A stretch of DNA of 64,000 nucleotides, from the NCBI GenBank assembly GCA_051313645.2, contig JBNRSN020000004.1, forward strand, positions 14,136,001 to 14,200,000. The letters are read 5' to 3'. Both the position numbers and the translations under genes were made by a program. This document shows, piece by piece, positions 12,756-24,360 of the stretch; position 1 is the first letter of the stretch, and every line of letters starts with the position of its first letter. The DNA comes from Centroscyllium fabricii (taxonomy: Eukaryota). A model generated the notes under the pieces. The model saw nothing but the letters and a program-made list of their open reading frames with translations. It had not been told where the DNA came from and ran no database searches.

Positions 12756-13184
12756 CTGCTCTTGCTCTTCAAGTGCTTCCACATCAGACGCAGTAGATGG
12801 CAGATGCAAAGTAAGTTCCTTCTACTCTGCTTCAAAACTGTGCCTCGACCCCTCACCTACAGACAGGCACCACCTGATGCAGCAGTGAAACATTTCCATT
12901 TCCTACACCATTACTGCCTCTCAATGATATGGCTAATGTGGTGCCAGATTCTGTGTTGCACCCGCTGGGAATTGGCATGAGATGGAAAGGAAAACTGCTG
13001 GAAACCTGAGCTGCAAACAGCAATTGCTGGAAAGGCACAGTGGGTTGATGAAAGCGTTAGTGTTCAGGTGGAACTCCTGGTCAGAAGTCAGAACTATTTG
13101 GATGAAGTGTCCCACCTGGAACATTAAGATGTCCTTCCCCCCCCCCCCCCCCCCCCCCCCGCAATCTCCGCAACTAGATTAAGA

Positions 13185-14520
13185 TTGCCCAAACCAGCAC
13201 CCTGTAACCAGATCTACACCTTCATCCTCCTAGGCCTGCTCTCCAGGAAATCGAGAGTGGACCTCCGCTACAGCCGGCAAACTCTGCTAGATATCGGGGC
13301 CGGCTGCGGGGGACTTTCACTGGGAGATCGCGATATCTATCTCCCAGCTGAAATTAACAAGGCAGCAGCAGCGTGGTGTCCAGCGGGGGGGATGGCGGAG
13401 GCCGCGAAGAGAACGCAAGCAAAAGAGAGGTAAGAGAATAGGGACCCTCACCAGGCTGAAGAGGGCCCCTCACAAACCCTCTCTGTCCAGTGTCTACCTG
13501 GCCAACGTCAGGTCCCTGGAGAATAAAATGGAAGAAATCAAACTTGGCCTCTCCACGCAGACCAGGATCAAGGAATGCTGCGCCATGATCTTCACGGAGA
13601 CCTGGCTGAACGACGGCATTCCTGACTCCACCATCCAGCTGGCAGGTCACACGGTCTTCCGCGCCGACAGAACAGCCGACTCTGGTAAGAGCAAGGGAGG
13701 CGGCCTGTGCATCTACACGAACAACGCCTGGGGTACGAACGCGGAATTGATCGAAAGTTCCTGCTCTGCCGATCTGGAATTCCTCGCGGTAAGGTGCAGA
13801 CCCTTTTACCTGCCTCAGGAATTCACGGCTGTCATCTTCACTGCGGTCTACAACCCTCCACGTGTGAATGCCAAACTGGCACTAAAGGATCTCCACAGGG
13901 CCATCAGCGAGCAGCAGACCACGCATCCGGAGGGAGCCTTTATCGTGGCGGGGGACTTCAACCACGCTAACCTCAAATCCGTACTCCCGAAATTCCACCA
14001 GAATGTCTCCTGCCCCACGAGGGGCGAGAACACGCTGGACCAAGTTTACACCAACATTGCAGAGGCTTGCAAGGCCATCCCCTGCCCCTACCTCGGGAAG
14101 TCCGACCACCTTTCACTGTTCCTTGCCCCAGCATACAAACCACTCATCAAAATGGTGAAAGCTCCAGTCAAAACAGTCAGGGTATGGCCAGAAGGGGTAG
14201 TCTCAGAGCTACAAGACTGCTTCGAACACACTGAATGGAGCATGTTTGCTCACACGGACATCGAGGAATACGCATCCACAGTGCTATTCTACATCAACAG
14301 CTGCGTTGAGGTGGCCACTACCCAAAAAACCATCAAGACATACCCCAACCAGAAACCCTGGATGAACGGGGAGGTCCGCTCGCTGCTGAAAGCACGCGAC
14401 GCAGCTTTCAAATCTGGTGACGTGGCGGCTTGCAGCACAGCCAAGGCCAACCTAAAGAGGGGAATCAGGTCTGCCAAACGCAATCCGGCACTGAAGATAG
14501 AGGAACACTTCCACAACAAC
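13185..14520 (+). mobile_element. Rex1/Babar LINE 5' fragment (APE endonuclease)
   Basis: LRYSRQTLLDIG leader, LANVRSLENK, IFTETWL, GGGLCIY, CRPFYLP, AGDFN, SDH, YPNQKPW; truncated at about 14520. Confidence 0.9.
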
Positions 14521-15169
14521 TTGGACATTGTGGTGCATGCAGTATTTAATAGTGCCAGCTGTGGTACAAAGAATGATGTACAGAATCCATAGTTACAGTC
14601 AGTAATGAAGAATTTTTCATAAATTGTTCATTATAAACTCATTATGTCACTCTTGGGCATTTGGGAATCTTTGTCGTATGAGAGCTGCGCAATATTTTTC
14701 TTACATGAATGTCTTAAGACAACAGGACCCTATGGAAGAGTTTGGATTAATTTAGACCACGTCCTTTTGTGTGCTTTCAGCTAGCCAAAGAAGCATAGCT
14801 TGGGGGTATCTTTGTGAAAGTCGGAGGAATGCGACATTGCAATTGTATATAAACGGTGTTTTAGGCCATCACAATCCTGAATGCAATTCTGAATACCTCG
14901 AAGTAGTTGATGGAGGTGGGAGAAATGTGTTTCCTTCATGCCCTCTCCTCGCCCCCTCATCCCCAATTTCAGTTTACATTCATTTCCCATCCCGCTCCTT
15001 CATGACTGCCTTAACCACAGGCCGCTCCTCAACCACTGTTGAGGTCACCTCTTCATCAGCGGGGATTCAGCGTGGTTCAGGTAGGGCTATGTCAGTCTCT
15101 TTTATATTTCCGTCTCTTTTTTCCTTCCTCGTAAACCCTGCAGCAGCTACGAGACTCATCCAACAGTGG

Positions 15170-15563
15170 AACATAGAAACATAGAAGATAGGAGCAGGAG
15201 TAGGCCATTCGGCCCTTCGAGCCTGCTCCGCCATTCAATGAGATCATGGCTGATCATCCAAACCCAGCACCCCGCCCCTGCCTTCTCCCCATATCCCTAT
15301 CGAGCCTGCACTGACACACATCCCACCCTATCCCTGTAACCCCACATATTCAATCCCCCTAACACTAAGGGTCAATCTATCCTGGCCAATCAACCTAACC
15401 CGCACATCTTTGGACTGTGGGAGGAAACCGGAGCACCCGGAGGAAACCCACGCAGACACGGGGAGAATGTGCAAACTCTACACAGATAGTACCCGAGGCT
15501 GGATTTGAACCCGGGTCTCTAGTGCTGTGAGGCAACAGTGCTAACCACTGTGCCACCCGTGCC
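15170..15563 (-). mobile_element. HE1-like V-SINE
   Basis: Reverse-complement copy of 9563-9966. Confidence 0.92.
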
Positions 15564-16099
15564 AGTGGAAAGTGAGTCGGAATGATGGGCAACTCTAGGA
15601 CATTTTCCAATAAAGGAAGAATTGAAAAGAAAAACTATTCAAAGCTATTAACAATATATATCATTGATTTGGATGAGGGAACCAAGTGTAATGTTTCCAA
15701 AACAACAACAGAAAATGCTGGAAAAAGCTCCGCAGTTAAGGCAACATCCGGGTCAACGTTTCGGGTCGGGACCTTTTATCTTGAATAAAGGGTCCCGACT
15801 CGGAATGTTTGACGTATCGTCAATATCTTCGATTAAAAGAGTCGACGCGTAGTTACCGAAACTAAAGGCTTTTAATTGCTAAGAACGGAGCTACTCTCCA
15901 GACGAACTACAGTACAGGAATGAAGGAGCCTCGGTCAGATCTCACCTATAACGGGGCCTCACCTGGGGGAGGAGTTGGAGGTGTGGCTGACCTGGCTCCC
16001 AACAGTGTCACAGTATACAGGGCTGTGCCTAACATCTGCACAGCCCATCATTAGCCATAATGGTACAGCGGTATGGTAGACATACAATGGTTAACACAT

Positions 16100-18416
16100 T
16101 CACCCCTTCTTAAAAACTTTGAGTCCGGGGGGGGTGAATGGGTCGAACAGTTCACGATAAGTCTGTCCGGCGGTCGTGTCTGCCTGGAGGACCTCCGGTG
16201 TTGGTGGTGGTGCCTCCTGGGTCGAATAGCCCGCATCTGCCGGCACTGTGACTTCAGGTGGCGGTGGGCTCGGCTGGTCCCCGCCGTCCGGGTCGTAGTC
16301 GGGGAAACTCCAGGGCCATCGTGCGACTGGTGGTTGATCGGCCTGCTGGCCGGCCGGGGGCTCTGCGGTGGTGCTTCCTGCGGGAGCCAGGTCCCTGATG
16401 GACACGGTGTCCTCACGCCCGTCCGGGAACTGCACGAAGGCGTAGTGCGGGTTCGCGTGTAGGAGCTGTACCTTGTCCACCAGGGGGTCCGTCTTGTGGC
16501 TCCGGACATGCCTTCTAAGCAAAACGGCCCCGGAGTCGTCAGCCATGGAGGGAGAGCTGTCCCCGAAGTCGACGTCCTGTTAAAAGAGAAAATCAGATCG
16601 TGCGGGGTGGCGTTAGTGGCAGTACATAACAGAGAGCGTATAGAGTGCAGCGCGTCTGGGAGGACTGCCTGCCAATGGGACACTGGAAAGCCTCTGGACG
16701 TGAGAGCCAGGGTGACCGCCTTCCAGATAATCCCATTCTCCCTTTCTACCTGGCCGTTCCCCCGGGGGTTATAACTGGTCGTTCTGCTCGTGGCAACCCC
16801 TCTCTGGAGCAGAAACTGGCGCAGTCCATCACTCATGAACGATGACCCCCGGTCGCTATGGATGTAGCTGGGGAGACCGAAAATGGCGAACAGCGCGGTG
16901 AAGTGTTTGATCACCGTTGCGCTCGTCATGTCTGGGCAGGGGAAGGGGAAGCGGGAGAACTCATCCACTACCGTGAGGAAGTATGAGTTGCGGTCGGTGG
17001 AAGGGAGGGGGCCTTTGAAGTCCACGCTGAGACGTTCAAAGGGGCGGGTGGCCTTAATGAGGTGCGCCGTGTCTGGCCGGAAAAACTGGGGTTTGCACTC
17101 GGCGCAGACAGGGCACTCTCGGGTCATAGCCTTGATCTCCGTGATGGAGTAGGGGAGGCTACGGGATTTAATGAAATGAGCGAGTCTGGTGACACCCGGG
17201 TGGCAAAGGCGGTCGTGGAGGTCCTTCAGCCGGTCTAGCTGGGCACTGGCGCACGGTCCCCTGGACAGTGCGTCCGGGGGTTCGTTGAGTTTGCCTGGGC
17301 GGTAAAGAATGTCGTACTCGTAAGTCGAGAGTTCGATCCGCCACCGCAGGATCTTATCATTCTTGATTTTACCCCGTTGTTTATTATTAAACATAAACGC
17401 CACCGACCGTTGGTCGGTGAGCAGGGTAAAACGCTTACCGGCCAGGTAATGACGCCAGTAGCGCACGGCCTCCACGATGGCCTGGGCCTCCTTTTCCACT
17501 GCTGAGTGGCGAGTTTCGGGTCCCTGTAAGGTGCGGGAGAAAAACGCTACGGGCCTGCCTGCCTGATTCAGGGTGGCAGCAAGGGCAAAGTCCGAAGCGT
17601 CACTCTCCACCTGGAAAGGGATGGATTCATTAACGGCGAGCATGGTCGCCTTGATAATATCTTCCTTTATCCTTGCGAATGCCGTTTGGGCTTCTACAGA
17701 AAGGGGGAAGACGGCAGCCTTGAGGAGTGGTCTAGCCTTATCTGCGAACTGTGGGACCCATTGTGCATAATAGGAGAAAAATCCTAGGCATCTCCTCAAG
17801 GCTTTGGGGTTGTGAGGTAGGGGCAGTTCTTGCAGGGGTCGCATACGCTGTCGGGGCTGAGGAGCCCGTTCTCCACCACGTATTCGAGGATGGCGAGCCG
17901 GGCTGTATTAAAGACACATTTGTCCTTGTTATACGTAAGGTCCAGCCTGTCTGCCGTGGCGAGAAATTTGGCCAAATTGGCATCGTGGTCCTGCTGGTCG
18001 TGGCCGCAGATGGTCACGTTGTTCAGGTAAGGGAAAGTGGCCTGCAAGTCGTTTTGGTCAACCATACGGTCCATCTCCCGTTGGAACACTGACAGTCCGT
18101 TGGTCACGCCAAAGGGGACCCGGAGGAAGTGGTAGAGCCGACCGTTCGCCTCGAAGGCGGTGTAGGGGCGGTCGGCTTTCCGAATCGGGAGCTGATGATA
18201 CGCCGATTTAAGGTCGATCGTAGAGAACACCTTGTACTGGGCGATCTGATTGACCATTTCCGAGATGCGGGGAAGGGGGTAGGCGTCGAGCCCGGTGTAG
18301 CGGTTGATAGTCTGGCTGTAATCGATAACCAGCCGTTGTTTTTCGCCAGACTTCACCACTACAACTTGGGCGCGCCAGGGGCTGGTGCTGGCTTCAATTA
18401 TCCCTTCCTTCAGCAT
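16100..18416 (-). pseudogene. pol: Pol (RT, RNase H, integrase) of Gypsy element 1, frameshifted
   Basis: SPWRAQVVVV, IDLKSAYHQ, PFGVTN, YLNN; ESDASD, EKEAQA, TDQ; HPG...CPVC, DFKGP, HSDRG, NGQVER. Confidence 0.92.
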
Positions 18417-20182
18417 CCGCCCGACCTCCGACCTGATAAACGTGCGATCCCCTCACTGTACCGCCGAATGGGTTTGCACTTCGGATCGAGGTTGGCGAAC
18501 AGCGAGGGGGGGTCGATTATCAGGGTGGAGAGGCCGCAGGCCGGGCTCCGCTTTGGGGGGAGATTGTCCCGGCTACTGATGGTGAGGTGGGGTAAGGTCC
18601 CGCCGAACTCCATTGTCACGCTCCTGAAGTGGCATTGGAAATCCAAACCTAGTAAGGCTGGGGCACACAACTGTTGGAGGGTATACAATTTAAAATTACC
18701 GTACACGCGCCCCTTGACGGTGAGCGTGACGGAGCAGTAGCCGGTGACGTCCGCGGTGTGGGACTGTGAAGCTAGGGAGACTTGGTAGTTGGTGGGCAGG
18801 ACCTGCAGTCCGCAGCGCCGCACTGTATCAGGGTGAACGAAACTCTCAGTGCTGCCTGTGTCGAAAAGGCAGTCGACAGTGTGATTATTAATGGTAATCG
18901 GCATTATGGAGTTAGACAGGGTATGGGGCCTGCCCTGGATAACTCTGATTCTGGCTGCCGCAGCCCCTGCTGATCGGGGCTGTGCACAAGATGGCGGCGC
19001 CCCTGGCTCGCACGTGGAGGGGCCCTGGATACAAGATGGCGGCGCCCCTGGCTCGCACATGGAGGGGCTCTGGTTACAAAATGGCGTTTCCGAGGGGACG
19101 CACACGGTGGGGCCCTGTGAACGCGCTGGCGGTGCCCATGATTCGCACGCAGCGAACCGCGGTGATCGGGTTGGCGGTGCCCGTGATTCGCACGCAGCGG
19201 GCCGCGGTGGTCGGGTTGGCAGTGCCCGTGATTCGCACGCAGCCGGCCGCGTTGGGGGGTCGCGCTTGGCCGGCCTTTGCCGCATCGGGGTGGGGGATGG
19301 GGGCGCTTGTTGTCTACCCCCGTACCGTCGCTGGATCGCGCTGCTATTGCAGCTTACCTGGTGTCTGTCGGTGCTCTCACAGGCTGCACTGTTGTACCTT
19401 GAGTTGGGCGCTGCTGGAGCTGATCTGCAGGCTTTAGCGTAGTGTCCCTTCTTCGCACATTTCTCGCAGGTCGCTGTCCTGGCTGGGCATTTCGCTCTAG
19501 GGTGCAGTCCCTGGCTGCAGAAGTAGCAGCGTTTATCTTTAGTGTCTTTAGTGGCCGTCGCGGCCATCGTGGGGGCCTCGACCCGTTGCGCCCAGGCCTG
19601 GGCCTGTTGTGGTGCGGCCCATATGTTGTAGGCTTGCGGGTTAGTGCCGCTGTACGCCTGTAACTTGCTTCGGGCCCCCTCTACTGATTTGGCTATCGTA
19701 GTCGCCTCCTCGAGGGATAATTCGTCTTTCTCTAGTAGCCGCTGGCGGGCTTCCACACACCTCAGTCCTGTAACATAAGCATCCCGAACGAGGAGTTCTT
19801 CCTCCTCTTCAACTGTTGTGCCTTTGCAGCCACAGGCCCGTACCAGGGCCAGGAGCGCTTGCTCGAACTCCTCATTGGACTCACCCGGTAGCTGAGATCT
19901 GGTCGCCAGCACATGTCGGGCGTAGACTGAATGGACCGGGCGCTCGTAACATTTCTTCAGAATTTGTACAGTCGCTACGTAGGTTGAGGCGTTCCTGATG
20001 AGGGTGAATACCCTGCTGGAGATCCTCGATCGTAGGACGTGCAGCTTGTCCCTGTCTGATGTAGCCTTGGCGGCGTCCATGTAGGCCTCCAGGAGGCCGA
20101 ACCAGTGTTCGTAGGTGGCGGCAGCGGCAGGGTCCTGGGGGCTGATGTCCAGCTTCTCAGGTTTAACTGTGCTGCTCTCCAT
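18410..20182 (-). CDS. gag: Gag plus aspartic protease of Gypsy element 1
   Basis: Two zinc knuckles CYFC..H...C and CEKCAKKGHYAKAC; protease LFDTGS; frameshift near 18450. Confidence 0.9.
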   Translation of the reverse strand: MESSTVKPEKLDISPQDPAAAATYEHWFGLLEAYMDAAKATSDRDKLHVLRSRISSRVFTLIRNASTYVATVQILKKCYERPVHSVYARHVLATRSQLPGESNEEFEQALLALVRACGCKGTTVEEEEELLVRDAYVTGLRCVEARQRLLEKDELSLEEATTIAKSVEGARSKLQAYSGTNPQAYNIWAAPQQAQAWAQRVEAPTMAATATKDTKDKRCYFCSQGLHPRAKCPARTATCEKCAKKGHYAKACRSAPAAPNSRYNSAACESTDRHQVSCNSSAIQRRYGGRQQAPPSPTPMRQRPAKRDPPTRPAACESRALPTRPPRPAACESRAPPTRSPRFAACESWAPPARSQGPTVCVPSETPFCNQSPSMCEPGAPPSCIQGPSTCEPGAPPSCAQPRSAGAAAARIRVIQGRPHTLSNSIMPITINNHTVDCLFDTGSTESFVHPDTVRRCGLQVLPTNYQVSLASQSHTADVTGYCSVTLTVKGRVYGNFKLYTLQQLCAPALLGLDFQCHFRSVTMEFGGTLPHLTISSRDNLPPKRSPACGLSTLIIDPPSLFANLDPKCKPIRRYSEGIARLSGRRSGGC

Positions 20183-21909
20183 TTTAAAATAATTAGCAAT
20201 TAAAATTGACGTATCGTCAATATCTTCGATTAAAAGAGTCGACGCGTAGTTACCGAAACTAAAGGCTTTTAATTGCTAAGAACGGAGCTACTCTCCAGAC
20301 GAACTACAGTACAGGAATGAAGGAGCCTCGGTCAGATCTCACCTATAACGGGGCCTCACCTGGGGGAGGAGTTGGAGGTGTGGCTGACCTGGCTCCCAAC
20401 AGTGTCACAGTATACAGGGCTGTGCCTAACATCTGCACAGCCCATCATTAGCCATAATGGTACAGCGGTATGGTAGACATACAATGGTTACCACAATGTT
20501 GACTCTTGTTTCTCTCTTCACGGATGTTGCCTGAACTGCTGAGTTTTTCCAGCATTTTCTGTTGTTATTTCGGATTTCCAACATCTGCAGTATCTTGTTA
20601 TCGTGTAATATTTCCAAGTTTGCTGATGACATGAAACTAGGTGGGATTGTGAGTTGTGAGGAGGATGCAAAGAGGCTTCCAGGGGATTTAGACAAGTTGA
20701 GTGAGTGGGCAAATACATGGCAGATGCTGTTGTGGTTAATGTGGGTAAATGTGAAGTTATCCACTTCGGTAGGAAAAACAAAGGCAGAGTATTATTTAAA
20801 TGGTGCTAGATTGGGAAATGTTGATGTACAGAGGGACCTGGGTGTCCTTGTACACCAGTCACTGAAAGCAAACATGCAGGTGCAGAAAGCAGTTAGGAAG
20901 GCAAATGGTATGTTGGCCTCCATTGCAAGAGGATTTGAGTACAGGAGCAAGGATGTCTTACTACAGTTATACAGGGCCTTGTTGAGACTACACCTGGAGT
21001 ACTGTGTGCAGTTTTGGTCTCCTTACCCAAGAAAGGATATACTTGCCATAGAGGGAGTGCAACAAAGGTTCACCAGACTGATTCCTGGGATGGCAGGACT
21101 GTCGTATGAGGAGAGATTGGGTTGACTAGAGTTTAGAAGAATGAGAGGGGATCTCATTGGAACTGTATAAAATTCTGACAGGGCTAGACAGACTGGATGC
21201 AGGGAGGATGTTTCCCCTGGCTGGGGGGGTCTAGAACGAGGGGTCACAGTCTTGGAATACGGGGTAGGAAATTTAGGACTGAGATGAGGAGGAATTTCTT
21301 CACTCAGAGGGTGGTGAACCTGTGGAATTCTCTACCACAGAGGGCTGTGGAGGCCAAGTCACTGAATATATTTAAGAAGAAGATAGATAGATTTCTAGAC
21401 ACAAACGGCATCAAGGGATGTGGGGAGAGAGCGGGAATATGGTATTGAGATAGAGGATCAGCCATGATCATATTGAATGGCGGAGCAGGCTCGAAGGGCT
21501 GACTCCTGCTCCTATTTTTCTATGTTTCAAAAACAATCATGTGGATCCTTGATAGCCATTTATGTGAATGGTGGGTCAAACGAAACTCTCAGGACAGAAC
21601 AATAGATTTTTGTTAGGTAAAGGTATCAAGAGAGCAAATATTGTAAAATGGAGTGGAGATACAGAACAGTCCTGATCTAATTGAATGGCAGGACAGGCTG
21701 GAGTGGCTGAATGGCCTGGTGAAGTTCTCCTGTTTACATAGCAGAATTACGTGGTCATGCCTTCACAGTCATAGGTAGAAGGCGTGGTTTGCGAAGATGT
21801 GGAACTTTACACAGTAAAGAAAGTTCATGGAAACTTGTGGTTTGGGGAAAACAATGGCTCTTCTATTGTACAGCTGCAGTTACCAGGGTACAAGAAACAA
21901 ACTGACCTC

Positions 21910-22060
21910 GTTCAATTCAATTCAAGTTTTATTGTCATTGCAGAGTACTAGTACAATACGAGACGAAGACTCGCCGCTCCCGAGAGTAGTGCAAATACAT
22001 TACATGCAAATTGCATACAGTAAAGTACATTTTCAGGTGTGCAGGTACCGGAGTTTTTTT
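21910..22060 (-). mobile_element. Rex1/Babar 3'UTR fragment
   Basis: Reverse-complement homologue of 61170-61316. Confidence 0.8.
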
Positions 22061-22235
22061 TTATATAGTTGCCAGTATATGGTGAGTTCTGTATGTTGGC
22101 TAAGTTTGATGTAACTCATTCCTGTGTAGGAGGGTTTGGTGTCATCGAGGTGCTCCCTCTTTGTTTGCCATAGAACCTAAATCTGTGACATCACAATGGA
22201 AAGGATACAAATGTGGATTGATACAAACCAGTTTA

Positions 22236-22830
22236 AGGCCCTGTCACACCTTGACGATTTAGCCAGCGTATGCAAATTTGGGTGATACGCTGGTTTACGT
22301 CGGACACGTTATGGGTACGTTATGCATACGGTAAGAGCACTTTGGCATACGCTGGCCATAAGTTGTATACGTCGTATAAGTCGTGATTTTTTGTGCATGC
22401 ACAAAAAATCACGACGTATCAATGTTACAATTTATACGTTCCACATACGCTGGCCATACGTTGCAGGCACGTTAGGCGATCGTTGAACACACATTACCTT
22501 GCCCCTGTCATGCCCTGTCACACCTTGACGATTTAAAGCTAGCGTTTTCCAATTTATCAAAATTTATCTAAAACGTCGGCGATACGCTGCCGCGCGCTAT
22601 GCATACGTTAGACTATCGTTGGGCATAAGTTGTGAACGCTAAGCATTCGTTGGTATAAGTTATCTGTAAGTTATTGATACGCTCTGTGTACGTTACTAAT
22701 ACGTTATGCATACGTCCAATACGTTATGAATACGCTATTATACGCCCAAAACTGAAAAAAAAGGTCAAAAGTTCAGCGTTTTAGCCAAATTTGCATACGC
22801 TGGCTAAAACGTCAAGGTGTGACAGGGCCT
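22236..22830. mobile_element. PIF/Harbinger MITE, 595 bp
   Basis: About 46-bp TIR AGGCCCTGTCACACCTTGACG..TTTAGCCAGCGTATGCAAATTTGG; TTA TSD on both sides; internal TIR copy at about 22512. Confidence 0.9.
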
Positions 22831-22838
22831 TTAGATAT

Positions 22839-24282
22839 TGGGGGGAAAATGGGGTGTCTTGCGCCAGCCGTTAGCACCCTAAGAGGGCTGCTAATGGGGC
22901 GCAAGGCACCTAGCGCCTGGGCTGGTGCCTTCCGCGATATTCAGCGGGGCGCTGGTGGCGGCGGCAGCCATTTGCGCCCCGTGGCGCTACGCCGCCAGCG
23001 ATGAAGTCATCGCCGTGCGCAGCACCCTGGCCGCGAACTTCAGTCGCGCCCCCTGACTTGGCGCCGGACGCTGTCTCCGACAGGGTCAGGGGGGCGCAGT
23101 TGCAGCCGGGGCAGCGTTATTTAAAGGGGGGGGGGTGCCGGGCGGCCATTTTTCTTGCTGGCCGCCTGCCAGCACCTGCCGTCCCCGATGCGCCCCCCCC
23201 CCCCCCCCGGAGTGCTGGCTGGGCTCCTTTCAAGTTCAAGTTTAAGTTTATTGTCACATGTTTAAATACAATTTAGACAGTGAAATGCTTACTGCTACCC
23301 GAACGCACCCTGCAACAACCGCGCAACAAGGACATTAAGCTGCCCGGCACGAACGAGCCCGCAAGACGCCAGCCATTCTCCGGCGCCATCATCGTGGGTC
23401 CCGTTCCTGCTCTGGCTACTCAATTTGATGGTAATTGTCCTCTACCGCTCCGTCAACTCGCTCTGCCGCTGTTTCCTCCGTGGTTACTCTCTGCCCAACA
23501 CCATGCCAGCTCCCCCGAATCCACGGAGCTCCGAACTCCGGGTGCAGCGTCCTGAGGCCCTAGCTTTTCTCCAAGCGCCATCCCAGCTCCCCTGAGCTCC
23601 GAACTCCGGACCAAGGCCTGGGGCCTAGCTCTCTTGCAGGCGCTCAACACAGACTCCCCGGAACGCCAAGCCAAGGCCATCCCGACTCCCTGGAGGTCCG
23701 AACTCTGGACCGAGGCCTGGGGCCTAGCACGCGGCCCGGCGCCCGTCCCGGCTCCCTCCGAGTCCTCTGAGCTCCCAGCTCCCAGCTCACTCCAGTTGGC
23801 CGAACTGGTGCAGCGTCCTGAGGCTTGGGGCTGAACTGCGCCCCGCATCCCACCGGGCTCCCTCCCGGCACCGCCGACGTTAGATGGCGGCCGACCAAAG
23901 CAAATTAACTTCACGTAGAGGTGTAGAGATGCGGCCGCCGAGTGGCGGCCACTCCAGCCAGGACCGGAACCGGAACTAGATATTACCAGTTCTTTGCTGG
24001 CACTCCCATGCCCAGCGGGGCCCCGCGCTGCGCTAGGCCACTCCTTTAAGAAGGGGAGGGAGGCCTGCAGTACTGTGGCACAGCGTGCTGCAGAGCGTGG
24101 CGCAGCAGCCGAAATTGAGTTGTTGCGCCCGAGGAACGAGGTGGGACGCTTGCAGTAGCGCCCACCTCCTACTTGGGGTGCTAAAACCCAATTTCAGGCG
24201 GAATGGCGCTAACTTTTTCGGGCCACTAAAAGCGCCCCGCCGAGGTTAGCGCCCCAAGCAGGGCGCAACCCAATTTTCCCTC
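22839..24282. mobile_element. GC-rich Harbinger-like non-autonomous element, split by an insertion
   Basis: Imperfect TIR GGGGGGAAAATGGGG / CCCAATTTTCCCTCC; subterminal GCGC-rich repeats. Confidence 0.6.
23229..23985 (-). mobile_element. Non-autonomous Rex1-tailed element
   Basis: Minus-strand end ACATGTGACAATAAACTTAAACTTGAACTTGAA; non-coding GC-rich body. Confidence 0.6.
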
Positions 24283-24360
24283 CATAATTTCCAGCAATGC
24301 GCCAGCAAGTAACGTCGAATTCACATCAAATGTTGGGATACTAGAATCATAGAATGATGC

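Larger units (their letters stand above)
15810..20495 (-). mobile_element. Ty3/Gypsy LTR retrotransposon 1, full length, young but frameshifted
   Basis: 289-bp LTRs (15810-16098, 20207-20495) differing at 1 site seen; TG...CA; 5-bp TSD ATGTT; PPT AAGAAGGGGTGAA; gag-PR-RT-RH-IN order. Confidence 0.96.
15700..20601. mobile_element. Penelope-derived fold-back element (15700-15809 and 20496-20601) interrupted by Gypsy element 1
   Basis: aacaacagaaaatgctggaaaaa..cagttaaggcaacatccg inverted against cggatgttgcctgaactg..tttttccagcattttctgttgtt; central hairpin gtcgggaccttt/aaagggtcccgac. Confidence 0.7.
15640..21527 (+). mobile_element. CR1 RT fragment (15640-15699 and 20602-21527) hosting a PLE fold-back, which hosts a Gypsy
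   Basis: IYIIDLDEGTKCNVSK continues as CNISKFADD; near-TSD gtgtaatgtttccaa / gtgtaatatttccaa. Confidence 0.85.

Noticed and set aside
13136-13160. Poly-C runs (also at about 47053, 48651, 60161)
   Set aside because: Simple homopolymers of unreliable length
21735-21910. Protein-like open frames (VEGVVCEDVELYT...)
   Set aside because: Weak splice signals, two equally open frames, no recognisable homology
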